Positions 26,992 to 36,060 of a stretch of DNA of 64,000 nt are shown here, one piece after another. The DNA is taken from the IMG/VR virus record IMGVR_UViG_3300017991_000009, positions 1-64,000 of that record. One strand, written 5' to 3'. The stretch comes from a virus. Position 1 is the first letter of the stretch. The number at the start of each line of letters is the position of its first letter. The position numbers were made by a program, and so were the translations under genes. A model generated the notes under the pieces. That model worked only from the letters and a program-made list of their open reading frames with translations. It had not been told where the DNA came from and ran no database searches.

Positions 26992-28041
26992 ATGGCAACA
27001 CGGAGAAGGCCGGTCAAGAGGGAGGCCGCACGGAGATCGAGCAGTAAGCCAAAGTCGAGCCGCCGACGCCTGAATATGGATAAGGCGCGAAAGAAGCAGG
27101 AGGAGATTGACTCCAGGTCGAGTAGTTCCTTCCACGAGATCAAGGAGGGGTGGAACTACTTCTTCGTCATGCCCCCGTGGGATGACGACGTTGATGTGAT
27201 CTGGAAGGAGGTGCAGCAACACCGCTTCTTGGTGTGCCCCAGGCACGCAACGGAAGGCAAGAAGGACTGTATGATCTGCACCGAGCTACGGAAGACCAAA
27301 TCGTCCGAGTTCTCGGAGCAGTACGCCCTGAAGTCCCGCGGCTTCTTCAATGCCATCCGGAAGGCTGATATCAAGAAGAAGGACCCCGACACCGTTGGCA
27401 TCCTGGCGCTGAGTAGCGCGATCTTCCGCGAGGTGATCGACTACATCAACGATGAGGATAAGGACATCTCGGACCCCGAGGCCGCGATCCCCATCGGCAT
27501 CCACCGCCGTGGCAAGGGCCTGCGCACGCGCTACAAGATCAAGTTCGGTGAGGCGGTCAACATCTCGGCCTACCTGACTGACAAGATCATGGACGCCCTG
27601 CACAACCTGGACGACATGAAAGCGGCGCAGCCGGCCAGCGTGAAGGACATGCGCAAGGCAATCCGCGGCGCGGCCGACGATGACGACGACTTCGAGGATG
27701 ACGATCTCGACGGCGAGGAGGAGATCGATAGCGACGAGGAGTTTGACGGCGAGGACCTCGCGGAAGAGGATGACCTGCTCTCGGAGCCGGAAGAGGAAGA
27801 GCCCGAGGAGGAAGAGATCGAGGAAGAGGAAGAAGAATATGAGTTAGAAGACGATGGGGAGGAGCCCGAGGAAGAGGCAGAGGAGGAAGAGATTGAGGAA
27901 GAGGAAGATGAGTTCGAGCCGGAAGAAGAAGAGCCCCCGAGGCGGCGCAAGGCCAAGCCTGCTGGACGAGGGCGGGTACGCAAAAATAGTCGTGAACGCC
28001 CTGCCACCAAGCGGCGGAAGGTCAAGCGTAGGAGAGCTTAA
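26992..28041 (+). CDS. gp32-like single-stranded DNA-binding protein with long acidic tail
   Basis: IKEG.N...MPPW, H...CP..C.IC Zn site, DISDP, G.GL.TRY; D/E-rich C-terminus. Confidence 0.7.
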   Translation: MATRRRPVKREAARRSSSKPKSSRRRLNMDKARKKQEEIDSRSSSSFHEIKEGWNYFFVMPPWDDDVDVIWKEVQQHRFLVCPRHATEGKKDCMICTELRKTKSSEFSEQYALKSRGFFNAIRKADIKKKDPDTVGILALSSAIFREVIDYINDEDKDISDPEAAIPIGIHRRGKGLRTRYKIKFGEAVNISAYLTDKIMDALHNLDDMKAAQPASVKDMRKAIRGAADDDDDFEDDDLDGEEEIDSDEEFDGEDLAEEDDLLSEPEEEEPEEEEIEEEEEEYELEDDGEEPEEEAEEEEIEEEEDEFEPEEEEPPRRRKAKPAGRGRVRKNSRERPATKRRKVKRRRA

Positions 28042-28185
28042 CTACTGTACGTGGTGTGACGAGAAGATCACCAACTTCTGTATCGCTAGGACCGCTGAGT
28101 TTGACGGCCAGCGGCAGCGGATGGGGTTTTGCTCCTACAACTGTTTCACCGCGTGGTGCCACGCTAATGGAAGGAGGGCTTTCAA

Positions 28186-29721
28186 ATGAGACGCAGGCTT
28201 CTCGTCGACGTGTCGGGGCTAGCCTACGCGGCGGCTTACAAGGTGGACCTCTCCTACAAGGGGAAGAAGGTCAACGTCGTGTACGGCGTCCTGCGCACCC
28301 TGGAGAAGCTAGCCGAGAGCCTGGAACCCGAGGAGATGATCCTGTGCTTTGATGGTGGGAGTGAACTGCGGAAGGAGATCTATCCCGAGTACAAAGAGAA
28401 CAGGAAGAAGAATCCCAAGCATGAAGAGATGCGTCGAGAGGTCGCCCGGCAGCTACCCGTACTGCGGGGCATCCTCGACGCGCTCCCCGTGCTCCAGGTG
28501 CAGAAGGACGGATACGAGGCTGACGACCTAGTAGAGGCGATAGCCTCGTTCCTGCACCTGGAGCACGTGGGCATCGTGACAAAGGACCAGGACCTCTACC
28601 AGCTAGCAGAACCACCGAGGTGCGTCATATTCAACAAAGAGGGGGGCGAGGAGAAGTTGGCCCTGCGCCCCAAGCAATACATCACCTACAAGGTCTTGGT
28701 GGGTGACACGTCCGACAACATCAAGGGCGTGGATCAGATCGGCCCTGTCAACGCAGGGAAGCTGATCAAGCGGTTCAAGACCCTCAAGGGCATCATGGCT
28801 CATGCGAAGGAAGAGGGGAAGCTAGGGGCGATGCCTTACAAACAGGCCCTTACGAGAGTGCGGCGGAACCTCAAGCTTGTGCGGCTTGGTGACATCTTGA
28901 CAGGCGACGATCGGTCCTCAGTCGTGAAGAGTTATGCTCGGGCCCGCCTACTCAGGGGGACCAACAAAAAGTTACTGAGGGAGAGGCTGTTAGAGGTGGG
29001 TTTCTCCTCGTTCGTGTCGCGACTGTCGCGACTGATCACAACCTTCAAGTGCATGGAACGCACACCCAGGACGGCGCCTAATGAAGCGAAAGCGGACCAC
29101 CACAATAGTGAGGAACGTGGTGAGCGAAAGCGAAAAGCGGTATCCCATCGTCAGGAAGGTGGAGGGTACACCAGGATCATCGTTAAGGTGGTCGAAAGCA
29201 AAAGAAGCTGCCGAGAGGATCAAGGGTCTAAGCGAAGACCCGCCCAGGGCCCGCGCTACGCTCGCCGTATACGAAAGAAAGCACCTGTGGGCATGGCTCC
29301 ATCAGGCAAGCGACGAGGTGATAAGAGAGCTACTCGATCAGATAGCGGGGAAGGATCAGACGGCAGCGACAAGCGAGCTACGGTGGAAAAATGGCGTTGC
29401 AGAACTAAGGCATTTGCTAAGCGACTATCTTCTTCGCCGGAAGTACTACAGCGAGGGGAGCTACGGCGCCGGCAAGCCCTGTTCCTTCTGCAAGCTTTTC
29501 ACCAAAACGACGAAGGATGGGGATGGCTCCGACGACAATCAAGAAGGCGACTCGAGTTCGTGAGTTCGATGATCTCGGCGCTCGATAGCGATCCGGAGTA
29601 CGCCCCCGACAAGAAGGCGCTTGCCTTCCTGGAGAAGTTGAAGAACGACTACGCTTCTGAGATGCCTGATTGGATGCTAACCGACGAGGAGATCGAGGAG
29701 CGGCACGTAGATAGCCGATAG
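28186..29721 (+). CDS. 5'-3' exonuclease/flap endonuclease (PolI N-terminal-like) with C-terminal extension
   Basis: LLVD, FDGG..RKEIYPEYK.NR, GYEADDL, KDQDLYQL, LVGDTSDNIKGV..IGP. Confidence 0.92.
   Translation: MRRRLLVDVSGLAYAAAYKVDLSYKGKKVNVVYGVLRTLEKLAESLEPEEMILCFDGGSELRKEIYPEYKENRKKNPKHEEMRREVARQLPVLRGILDALPVLQVQKDGYEADDLVEAIASFLHLEHVGIVTKDQDLYQLAEPPRCVIFNKEGGEEKLALRPKQYITYKVLVGDTSDNIKGVDQIGPVNAGKLIKRFKTLKGIMAHAKEEGKLGAMPYKQALTRVRRNLKLVRLGDILTGDDRSSVVKSYARARLLRGTNKKLLRERLLEVGFSSFVSRLSRLITTFKCMERTPRTAPNEAKADHHNSEERGERKRKAVSHRQEGGGYTRIIVKVVESKRSCREDQGSKRRPAQGPRYARRIRKKAPVGMAPSGKRRGDKRATRSDSGEGSDGSDKRATVEKWRCRTKAFAKRLSSSPEVLQRGELRRRQALFLLQAFHQNDEGWGWLRRQSRRRLEFVSSMISALDSDPEYAPDKKALAFLEKLKNDYASEMPDWMLTDEEIEERHVDSR
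29081..29563 (+). CDS. Nested alternative-frame ORF inside the exonuclease extension
   Basis: 160 aa with globular helical composition where the outer frame looks low-complexity. Confidence 0.45.
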   Translation: MKRKRTTTIVRNVVSESEKRYPIVRKVEGTPGSSLRWSKAKEAAERIKGLSEDPPRARATLAVYERKHLWAWLHQASDEVIRELLDQIAGKDQTAATSELRWKNGVAELRHLLSDYLLRRKYYSEGSYGAGKPCSFCKLFTKTTKDGDGSDDNQEGDSSS

Positions 29722-29743
29722 CTTATCGGACTCCGATAAGCTA
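29719..29743. repeat. Dispersed 25-bp palindrome, copy 3
   Basis: TAGCTTATCG-GACTC-CGATAAGCTA on the TAG stop of 28186..29721. Confidence 0.9.
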
Positions 29744-29761
29744 TCCCAGTAGGAGCGAAAG

Positions 29762-29941
29762 ATGAGAGCAATCAAACCGAAAGTGGAGCTACTGCAGATC
29801 ACCCCCAACGGCGCGGAGGTGATCGGGTCCATCCTCTCGCAGGAGTGCCCCGCGGTGTTTGACCCGGAGAAGTACGCGGTGGACGTGCCGGGTCAAGCTT
29901 ACGTCACCTACTGCCAGGGTGAGGTGACTGATGGTTCGTAA
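29762..29941 (+). pseudogene. 59-aa ORF resembling fused N- and C-termini of ThyX (internally deleted remnant)
   Basis: AGGAG RBS; MRAIKPKVELLQITPNGAEVI joined to ILSQECPAVFD; absent from the supplied ORF track. Confidence 0.45.
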
Positions 29942-30854
29942 GTACAAAGGCCGTATCGTGCGAGAGGTGGAGCCTTCGAGCCAGATCGATCAGATAGTCG
30001 GGGCCCTCTCGAAGGTGTTGGGCTCCGACGCTGTCCACAAGGCTCGGGACTCTGACCTGGGAGAGCCCCGCATGTTTGTTCCTTCAGGCGTCCCCGACCT
30101 CGACCTGGTGTTAGACCGGGAGGGGCGAGGGTGGCCCGGGGGGCGTATCGTGGAGGTGTTCGGCGGAGAGGCTACCTGTAAGACCGGGCTTGGCTACGCC
30201 CTGATCGCCCAGGTGCAGAAGATGGGTGGTGACGGCATCCTCTACCCGGCTGAGGGCAACTGGGATGAGTGGCTGGCCGACCAGTACGGTATCGACCTGG
30301 ACAAGCTGGTGCTGGGTGATGACGAGACGGTAGAGGGTATCTTCGGCTCCTTCCACCGGAGCCTGCGTGTGATCGGCCGCAGGGGGCTCCTGGTTGGGAT
30401 GATCGATTCTGTTGCAGGCATGGCTACCCGCGACGAGTTGAAGGAGATAGAGGAGAAGGGGGAGATCAAACGGGACCGCGCGGCACAGATTCGGGCGTTG
30501 ATGTTGAGCGCTGCTCTCCGGAAGATGGGTGCACTAGTACCGAGAACCAACGCAATCCTATTCTGCGTGAACCAGGTGCGGGAGAACACCGACGTTACCT
30601 TCGGCGAGAAGACCAAGCCGCCAGGCGGCCGGGCCCTCAAGTTCTATGCGAGCATACGCCTCAAACTGGAGTCCCTCGGCAAGATCAAGCGCACGCGCCA
30701 GGGAAAGCAGTACGTCGCAGGGTTCAAGATCAGGATCACCGCGGTGAAGAACAGGTTGGCGCGGCCGTACCAGCAGGCGGAGATCGTCTTGGACTTCGAG
30801 CGTGGGTTACTCTCACTCGAGGAGGCCTCCAAGAGGAGCAGGAAGCGAAAGTGA
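29931..30854 (+). CDS. recA: RecA/UvsX-family recombinase
   Basis: PSG...LDLVL..GWPGGRIVEVFGGEATCKT, IDSVA, NQVRE, PGGRALKFYASIRL, VKNRLARPY. Confidence 0.93.
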   Translation: MVRKYKGRIVREVEPSSQIDQIVGALSKVLGSDAVHKARDSDLGEPRMFVPSGVPDLDLVLDREGRGWPGGRIVEVFGGEATCKTGLGYALIAQVQKMGGDGILYPAEGNWDEWLADQYGIDLDKLVLGDDETVEGIFGSFHRSLRVIGRRGLLVGMIDSVAGMATRDELKEIEEKGEIKRDRAAQIRALMLSAALRKMGALVPRTNAILFCVNQVRENTDVTFGEKTKPPGGRALKFYASIRLKLESLGKIKRTRQGKQYVAGFKIRITAVKNRLARPYQQAEIVLDFERGLLSLEEASKRSRKRK

Positions 30855-31150
30855 AAGAAGAGGACGACAAATCAGGCGCCCTGCGGAGGGTGCGCGGTCT
30901 TGCATCGATAGCTGGGGCGACGAGAAACCCCGCTATCAGGAGAGCTATGGCCGCGCGGATGTACTTCGAGGAGATGATCATCAAGTTCAGGCTCCTGGGG
31001 TACACCCAGGAAGAGATCGACGCCATCCTAGAAGAGGTGAGGCATCTCGGGCGGACTACTGTTCACAGCCCGCAAGCTTGGCTAAAGCAGGCGTTGATTG
31101 AAGCCAGTGAGGCCGCGGGGCGAGGAGAGAAGAGGAAGCCGTGGAAGTAG
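30851..31150 (+). CDS. Hypothetical protein
   Basis: GTGA coupling with the recA stop. Confidence 0.6.
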   Translation: MKEEDDKSGALRRVRGLASIAGATRNPAIRRAMAARMYFEEMIIKFRLLGYTQEEIDAILEEVRHLGRTTVHSPQAWLKQALIEASEAAGRGEKRKPWK

Positions 31151-31776
31151 GAGATCAAGCAGTCATAGTCAAGCTGAAAGGTGCAGAGCAAAAGCCCGGG
31201 GCGGAGTTAGAGGACCAGCTACGCGCATCGCTCGGGCAGCCCACACTCCCTGGCGGGTTCGAGGTGACGTACAAAGGCCCAGGCCGATCCTTTGGTGCAG
31301 AGGGCAAGACCTTTCAGCGGGGCGTCACGGTGCAGATTGGTGACGTCAACCTTGCTGCACGCCTAACTAAGACGAAGGGGTTCCAGGTCATCATGTCGGG
31401 CAGGAAAGCGGAGGTGAAGGCTGGCCGCATCCTGACGATCTATGCGCGGCAGGAACACGCCCTGATGTTCCACGAGAACATGTTCGATGGCGGTATATCG
31501 TCAACGGAGGTGGATACCAAGGAGTTCATCGACAGCTACTTGATCTGCACTGTTGATGGGTTGGTGGCCGAGGCTGCTGAGGTCCGCCCACCAACGAAGG
31601 AGGAGGCGAAGGAGCTAGAAGCTGAGGAACTCAACCAGGTGATGTCTGGCAAGGTCCCATACCGCAAGAAGTTGGTCCCCAAGGGTAAGGGGAGGTGGGG
31701 CGTGCCCGAGCCCGAGAAAGAGTACGTGGTACCTGTTGAGATGCGGAACATGGGCCACAAGAAGGGAGGATGGTGA
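31141..31776 (+). CDS. Hypothetical protein
   Basis: Coupled ORF; typical codon usage. Confidence 0.65.
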   Translation: MEVGDQAVIVKLKGAEQKPGAELEDQLRASLGQPTLPGGFEVTYKGPGRSFGAEGKTFQRGVTVQIGDVNLAARLTKTKGFQVIMSGRKAEVKAGRILTIYARQEHALMFHENMFDGGISSTEVDTKEFIDSYLICTVDGLVAEAAEVRPPTKEEAKELEAEELNQVMSGKVPYRKKLVPKGKGRWGVPEPEKEYVVPVEMRNMGHKKGGW

Positions 31777-32051
31777 TGCCGGATCGACCTGGCCCAGGTT
31801 TCGAGGAGGTGATCATATCCTCTGTCCGTATGACAGAAAACATCGTGACCTCGTACTGGCGCAGGTTCTACGCTGGTGCAGCCTGCACACTTTGCGGTAA
31901 CTCCGGTGTGATCGATAGTCGAGGGCGCGCGATGACCGCGGTTGGGGTGGCTGTCGGCAGGCTCAACTACTGCATTTGCCCTAATGGTATGGTGCTGCGC
32001 CGGAATAGGGCCAACCCGGAAGATCACTTGGACGAGCGGAGAAGAAGATGA
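31770..32051 (+). CDS. Zn-finger protein
   Basis: CTLCGNSG...CIC. Confidence 0.6.
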   Translation: MVMPDRPGPGFEEVIISSVRMTENIVTSYWRRFYAGAACTLCGNSGVIDSRGRAMTAVGVAVGRLNYCICPNGMVLRRNRANPEDHLDERRRR

Positions 32052-32254
32052 GCAGTAGAGACCCTGTGTACCTGGATGAGTGTGAGTGCCTCAAAGAAAC
32101 CGACAAGGCTCTCCTGGTGGAGATACCCGACCTGGGTGATGAGATCTGGATCCCCAAGTCCTGCGTGCATGATGACAGCGAGGTATACCGAGAAGACGAC
32201 CGTGGCACGCTTGCCGTCGTACAGTGGTGGGCAGACCAAGAGGGGCTGGGATGA
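32048..32254 (+). CDS. Small phage protein
   Basis: ETDKALLV...EIWIPKS...W.A..EGL pattern common in phages. Confidence 0.7.
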   Translation: MSSRDPVYLDECECLKETDKALLVEIPDLGDEIWIPKSCVHDDSEVYREDDRGTLAVVQWWADQEGLG

Positions 32255-32432
32255 GAGCCCGTTGGATACGAGTGCAGGTATGGGCCTGCTCAAACTGCAA
32301 GGGCTTGATCCACCTCCCTGAAGGCGAGGACCCCATGACGGTGTGCCCCACGTGCCGGCGCTGCGGTACAGTGATGAGGGAGACCTCCCAGCTATACAGC
32401 GATAGCAGCACCAAGAAGAAGTGGGGGCACTC

Positions 32433-33584
32433 ATGAGGATCGCGGCGATCGGAGACCTCCACCTCGGTCGTGCTCTGTACGGGTACGACCTGACCCCTCA
32501 TGTCAGGGACAAGATGTATCGGTTCTTTGACCTGTGCGTCAACAAGGATGTGAGGACCGCTGTCGTGCTGGGTGACGTATTCGATCGCCCGACGCCTCCC
32601 GAGCACCTCCGCAAGATGGTGGTGCAGTGGTTCAACGAGTTCGAGAGGGCCCGTATCAACCTGTTCGTGCTGGTTGGGAACCACGATGTGATGAGCAACC
32701 CAGAGTCACCGTCTGCCCTCGAGTCGTTGCGGGTGGTGGACTGGGACTATGTGCAGGTGGTGGATCGCCCCATCCAGTTCCTGCGCCGGCTGTTCTTCGT
32801 ACCGTTCCCTTCTCCTGGCCTGTACGAGACGATAGACGAGTGGTTTGGGGAAGTAGCAGATGTGCAGGAGGTCCTCAAGCCCGGCGCTGTAGCTTTCACT
32901 CACCTGGGCGTGGAGGGCGCGAAGGTGGGAGAGCAGGAGTTCCCATACCGAGGCAGCGACTACAACATCCCAGAGGTGATGTTGACCGACGACCATATCG
33001 AGAAGATCGTGTGCGGGCACGTGCACAAGCCCCAGGATGTGGGCAAGGTGGTCATCTCTGGTGCGGCCGAGCGGTTGCGGTTCGATGAGCGAGGAGATCG
33101 CCGTGCGTTCATCCTGATCAACTTGCAGCGCCGGCTCACTGTGGCCAGGGTGCCATACGGCTCGAAGGCCCTCACGCTGCGCCAGATAGAGCTTGACGCA
33201 TCAGGCTGGGCTCATGGCGGCACACCGCCGACCACCCAGGAGATGATCACCACGATAGGCCCCACCGATGTTCGGCAGGCGATCGTGAAGGTGCGGCCCT
33301 TCGTTGATGAGTACAGCACTGTGGACTGGTCTGTTATCGAGGCTGAGTTCTATCGGAAGCAGGCCCTCATGGTGTTCGTCGCTCCACCCATTAGGACAAA
33401 GCGGGAGCGAAAGCAGAAGCACGAGACCAAGGCTACCTCGTCGAAGGTAACCGCTCAGCGGTTCATCAGGGCGCGGATAGCCGACAAGAACGAGCGTGTG
33501 CGTGTCACGCGGTTGTTCGAGAACTTGCGGAAGCGGATAGAGGATGATGGCAAAAGTGAAAGTAGTATTCCAGGTGTGGGATGA
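32433..33584 (+). CDS. SbcD/Mre11-like metallophosphoesterase nuclease
   Basis: GDLHLG, LGDVFD, VGNHD, FTH, CGHVHKPQ. Confidence 0.92.
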   Translation: MRIAAIGDLHLGRALYGYDLTPHVRDKMYRFFDLCVNKDVRTAVVLGDVFDRPTPPEHLRKMVVQWFNEFERARINLFVLVGNHDVMSNPESPSALESLRVVDWDYVQVVDRPIQFLRRLFFVPFPSPGLYETIDEWFGEVADVQEVLKPGAVAFTHLGVEGAKVGEQEFPYRGSDYNIPEVMLTDDHIEKIVCGHVHKPQDVGKVVISGAAERLRFDERGDRRAFILINLQRRLTVARVPYGSKALTLRQIELDASGWAHGGTPPTTQEMITTIGPTDVRQAIVKVRPFVDEYSTVDWSVIEAEFYRKQALMVFVAPPIRTKRERKQKHETKATSSKVTAQRFIRARIADKNERVRVTRLFENLRKRIEDDGKSESSIPGVG

Positions 33585-33792
33585 TCGAACCAAGCTCATC
33601 GACGTGAGCGAGGAGATCGAGGTATCCCCAATTAGGCTGGCCGGTCAGGTTACCCGGTGGCAAGCAATCGCTACTATCGATAAGGAGGCGGGTGACGATC
33701 ATCTTGTCGGTGTTGGTTACCGGCCTGTTAAAGCAATCACTAGTTGGTTGGACGAAAAAGTTACGGCGAAGGTGCGATCATGCCTGCAGTGA
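33544..33792 (+). CDS. Hypothetical protein
   Basis: Fills the gap between coupled genes; GAGG RBS. Confidence 0.5.
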   Translation: MMAKVKVVFQVWDDRTKLIDVSEEIEVSPIRLAGQVTRWQAIATIDKEAGDDHLVGVGYRPVKAITSWLDEKVTAKVRSCLQ

Positions 33793-34259
33793 GAATCAAG
33801 CATAGGGATGTCACCGCGGCCCGTGACCAACTCTACGACGAGATCTTGGATGAGGGGTGCTACTGCCCCTGCTGTGATCGGTACGCACGGGCCTACGCCA
33901 GGGCAATCAACCACACGATGGCGCGGGCTCTAATCTGGTTGTGCAGGGAGTACCGGCGCACGGGTGAATGGGTCGACGTGCCGAAGACCGCGCCGCGGTG
34001 GCTAGTTAGGTCCAACCAGCTTCCTACCTTGAAGTATTGGGGCTTGGTGCAGCGGAAGCCCAACAACGACCCTGCCAAGAAGTGTAGTGGGCTATGGCGC
34101 CCTACTCCGCGTGGCCGCAGGTTCGCTGGGAGCAGGATCAGGCTGAGGAAGAAAGCATTGGTCTACAACGATCGCGTGCTTGAGTACCAGGGAGAGTTTA
34201 TCTCGGTTGTCGATGCACTTGCACACCACTTCGACTACCGCGAGTTGTGGGAGGGGTAG
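33780..34259 (+). CDS. Zn-ribbon/winged-helix phage protein
   Basis: CPCC..Y.R; LKYWGLV..GLWRPTPRG..F. Confidence 0.65.
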   Translation: MPAVRIKHRDVTAARDQLYDEILDEGCYCPCCDRYARAYARAINHTMARALIWLCREYRRTGEWVDVPKTAPRWLVRSNQLPTLKYWGLVQRKPNNDPAKKCSGLWRPTPRGRRFAGSRIRLRKKALVYNDRVLEYQGEFISVVDALAHHFDYRELWEG

Positions 34260-36041
34260 ATGATCGTCGAGTCACTGGCACTGAAGAACTTCCTCGGGTA
34301 CCGGCGTCAACTTTCCCTGCAGCTAGGCGACAAGTCAGCAATTGGGATTGTTGGTGGCAACGAATCCGGAAAATCGAGCATCTTGCAGGCGGTGTCCTAC
34401 GGTATCTACGGCCGCACTCGTGCGGAGCGTGAGCTACAACTGATCAACGACAACGCCCGCAGCGATCTTCTGGTGGAGATATGCTTGCGCTTTGCTGACG
34501 CCACTACCCTCGATATCACCAGGGGCCGCAGCAAGAAGAACGAGCGTATACTCAGGGTGGGGCAGTTGAAGGGTGACGAGGCGCAAGAGGCCATCGCTGA
34601 GAAGGTAGGCGTGTGCTACGACGACTTCATCGCCCTTTCGTATTTCATGCAAGGGGACATCCACCAATTCATGACGGGGAACAAGCGGGCCTACTTTCAA
34701 CGGTGGACCTCAAGCTTGCGGTATTGGGATGCTCTAGCAGAAGAGGCGAAGGCCTGGGCCGGGGACGTGGAGGCAAAGCGCCACCTGCTGCAGGTGAAGA
34801 TCGATAACGCCCGAGATACGATAAACTCAGCGAAGGACCTGCGGCGGAAGGTTGAACTGGCGGCCGACGCGGTGGCCAAGTATGAGGAGCAGGTGCGTAT
34901 CAGGACGGAGCAGGTAGCCACGCTCCAGGTGCAGATGAAGGAGGAGAAGGGCACCTCGGACCTGGACGAAGAGTTGGCCCGACTGCAGAGTGACCTAGGT
35001 GACTACCACGACCAGGAGCGTGACCTCTCTCACCGTATCACTAGGAGGAGACAGGAAGCAAAGGAGATCAGTACCGGTAAGTGCCCCCTGCTCGGCTGTT
35101 ACTGTAAGCCGCTTGAGGCGAAAGGTGTGAAGGCTAGGGAAGAGACCGACAAGGAGGTCAAGCAATTGGTTCGCCGGCGGCGATCTATGAAGGAGAAGGT
35201 CGCGGCTATACGAGAACGTGTGGACGCACTCGAGGAGAGGGTGGAGCGGCAAGGGCGACCTCTCCGCGGCATACAGACCGCCTTAGCAGAAGCCCGCAGC
35301 CAACTTAGGACAGTGCAGGAAGCGCTCAACCGCGCCCTGCAGTATCAGGCGACGGCCAAGGTTAGATACGAAGAGGTAGGCAAGGCTAAGGCCCTGTTGA
35401 ACCGGGCGAAGAAGGAAGACGCGGCGTGGGCTATAAAACTCCGCCGGTTGAACTTTCTCCGATTCATGTGCGGTAAGTCTGGTGTACCTGCCCAACTTAT
35501 CGAGGAGGAACTAGAGAGAGTTGAGGACAAGTGTAACTGGGTTCTAGACCGGCTTGACTACCCAAAGCAGATCAAGTTCAGCGCCTTTAAGGAGCTTGCA
35601 AAGTATGAGGCGGTGTGCCCGTCTTGTGGTGGGGAGGTCTGGCGTGGCGGGTTATGCAAGGGATGCGGTAACGCCCGGCCCCGCGCTCGAAGGGAGGAGC
35701 CCACCGTCACCGTCATCGATGGAGGCGTGACGCGCCCTTTTGCCCTTGAAAGTGGGGGCGCCCAGGTATTACAGTCGTTCGCTGTTCGTCTTGCGGGTAG
35801 CCTCTTCGTAGCATCCATGATGGGAGTGAAGGTCAGCTTGGTGATGCTCGACGAGGTGTTTGCAATGCTGGACGCGAGCAACAGGCAGAAGCTAATGAGT
35901 CTGGTGATAGATAAGTTGAAGTCTGAGTTTGGGTTGAAGCAACAGTTAATTGTGAGCCACCAGGAAGATGTCATCAGCACAGTGGAGCACCTCCTGGTGG
36001 TGCGCAGGGAGCGAGGTGGCTCCGTAGCAACGTGGGCATGA
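34260..36041 (+). CDS. SbcC/Rad50-like SMC ATPase
   Basis: LKNFLGY, GGNESGKSS, MQG Q-loop, coiled coil with central CPLLGC hook, signature ESGG, MLDEVF..LD, IVSH. Confidence 0.92.
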   Translation: MIVESLALKNFLGYRRQLSLQLGDKSAIGIVGGNESGKSSILQAVSYGIYGRTRAERELQLINDNARSDLLVEICLRFADATTLDITRGRSKKNERILRVGQLKGDEAQEAIAEKVGVCYDDFIALSYFMQGDIHQFMTGNKRAYFQRWTSSLRYWDALAEEAKAWAGDVEAKRHLLQVKIDNARDTINSAKDLRRKVELAADAVAKYEEQVRIRTEQVATLQVQMKEEKGTSDLDEELARLQSDLGDYHDQERDLSHRITRRRQEAKEISTGKCPLLGCYCKPLEAKGVKAREETDKEVKQLVRRRRSMKEKVAAIRERVDALEERVERQGRPLRGIQTALAEARSQLRTVQEALNRALQYQATAKVRYEEVGKAKALLNRAKKEDAAWAIKLRRLNFLRFMCGKSGVPAQLIEEELERVEDKCNWVLDRLDYPKQIKFSAFKELAKYEAVCPSCGGEVWRGGLCKGCGNARPRARREEPTVTVIDGGVTRPFALESGGAQVLQSFAVRLAGSLFVASMMGVKVSLVMLDEVFAMLDASNRQKLMSLVIDKLKSEFGLKQQLIVSHQEDVISTVEHLLVVRRERGGSVATWA

Positions 36042-36060
36042 AAGCCCAAGGAGGAATCCA

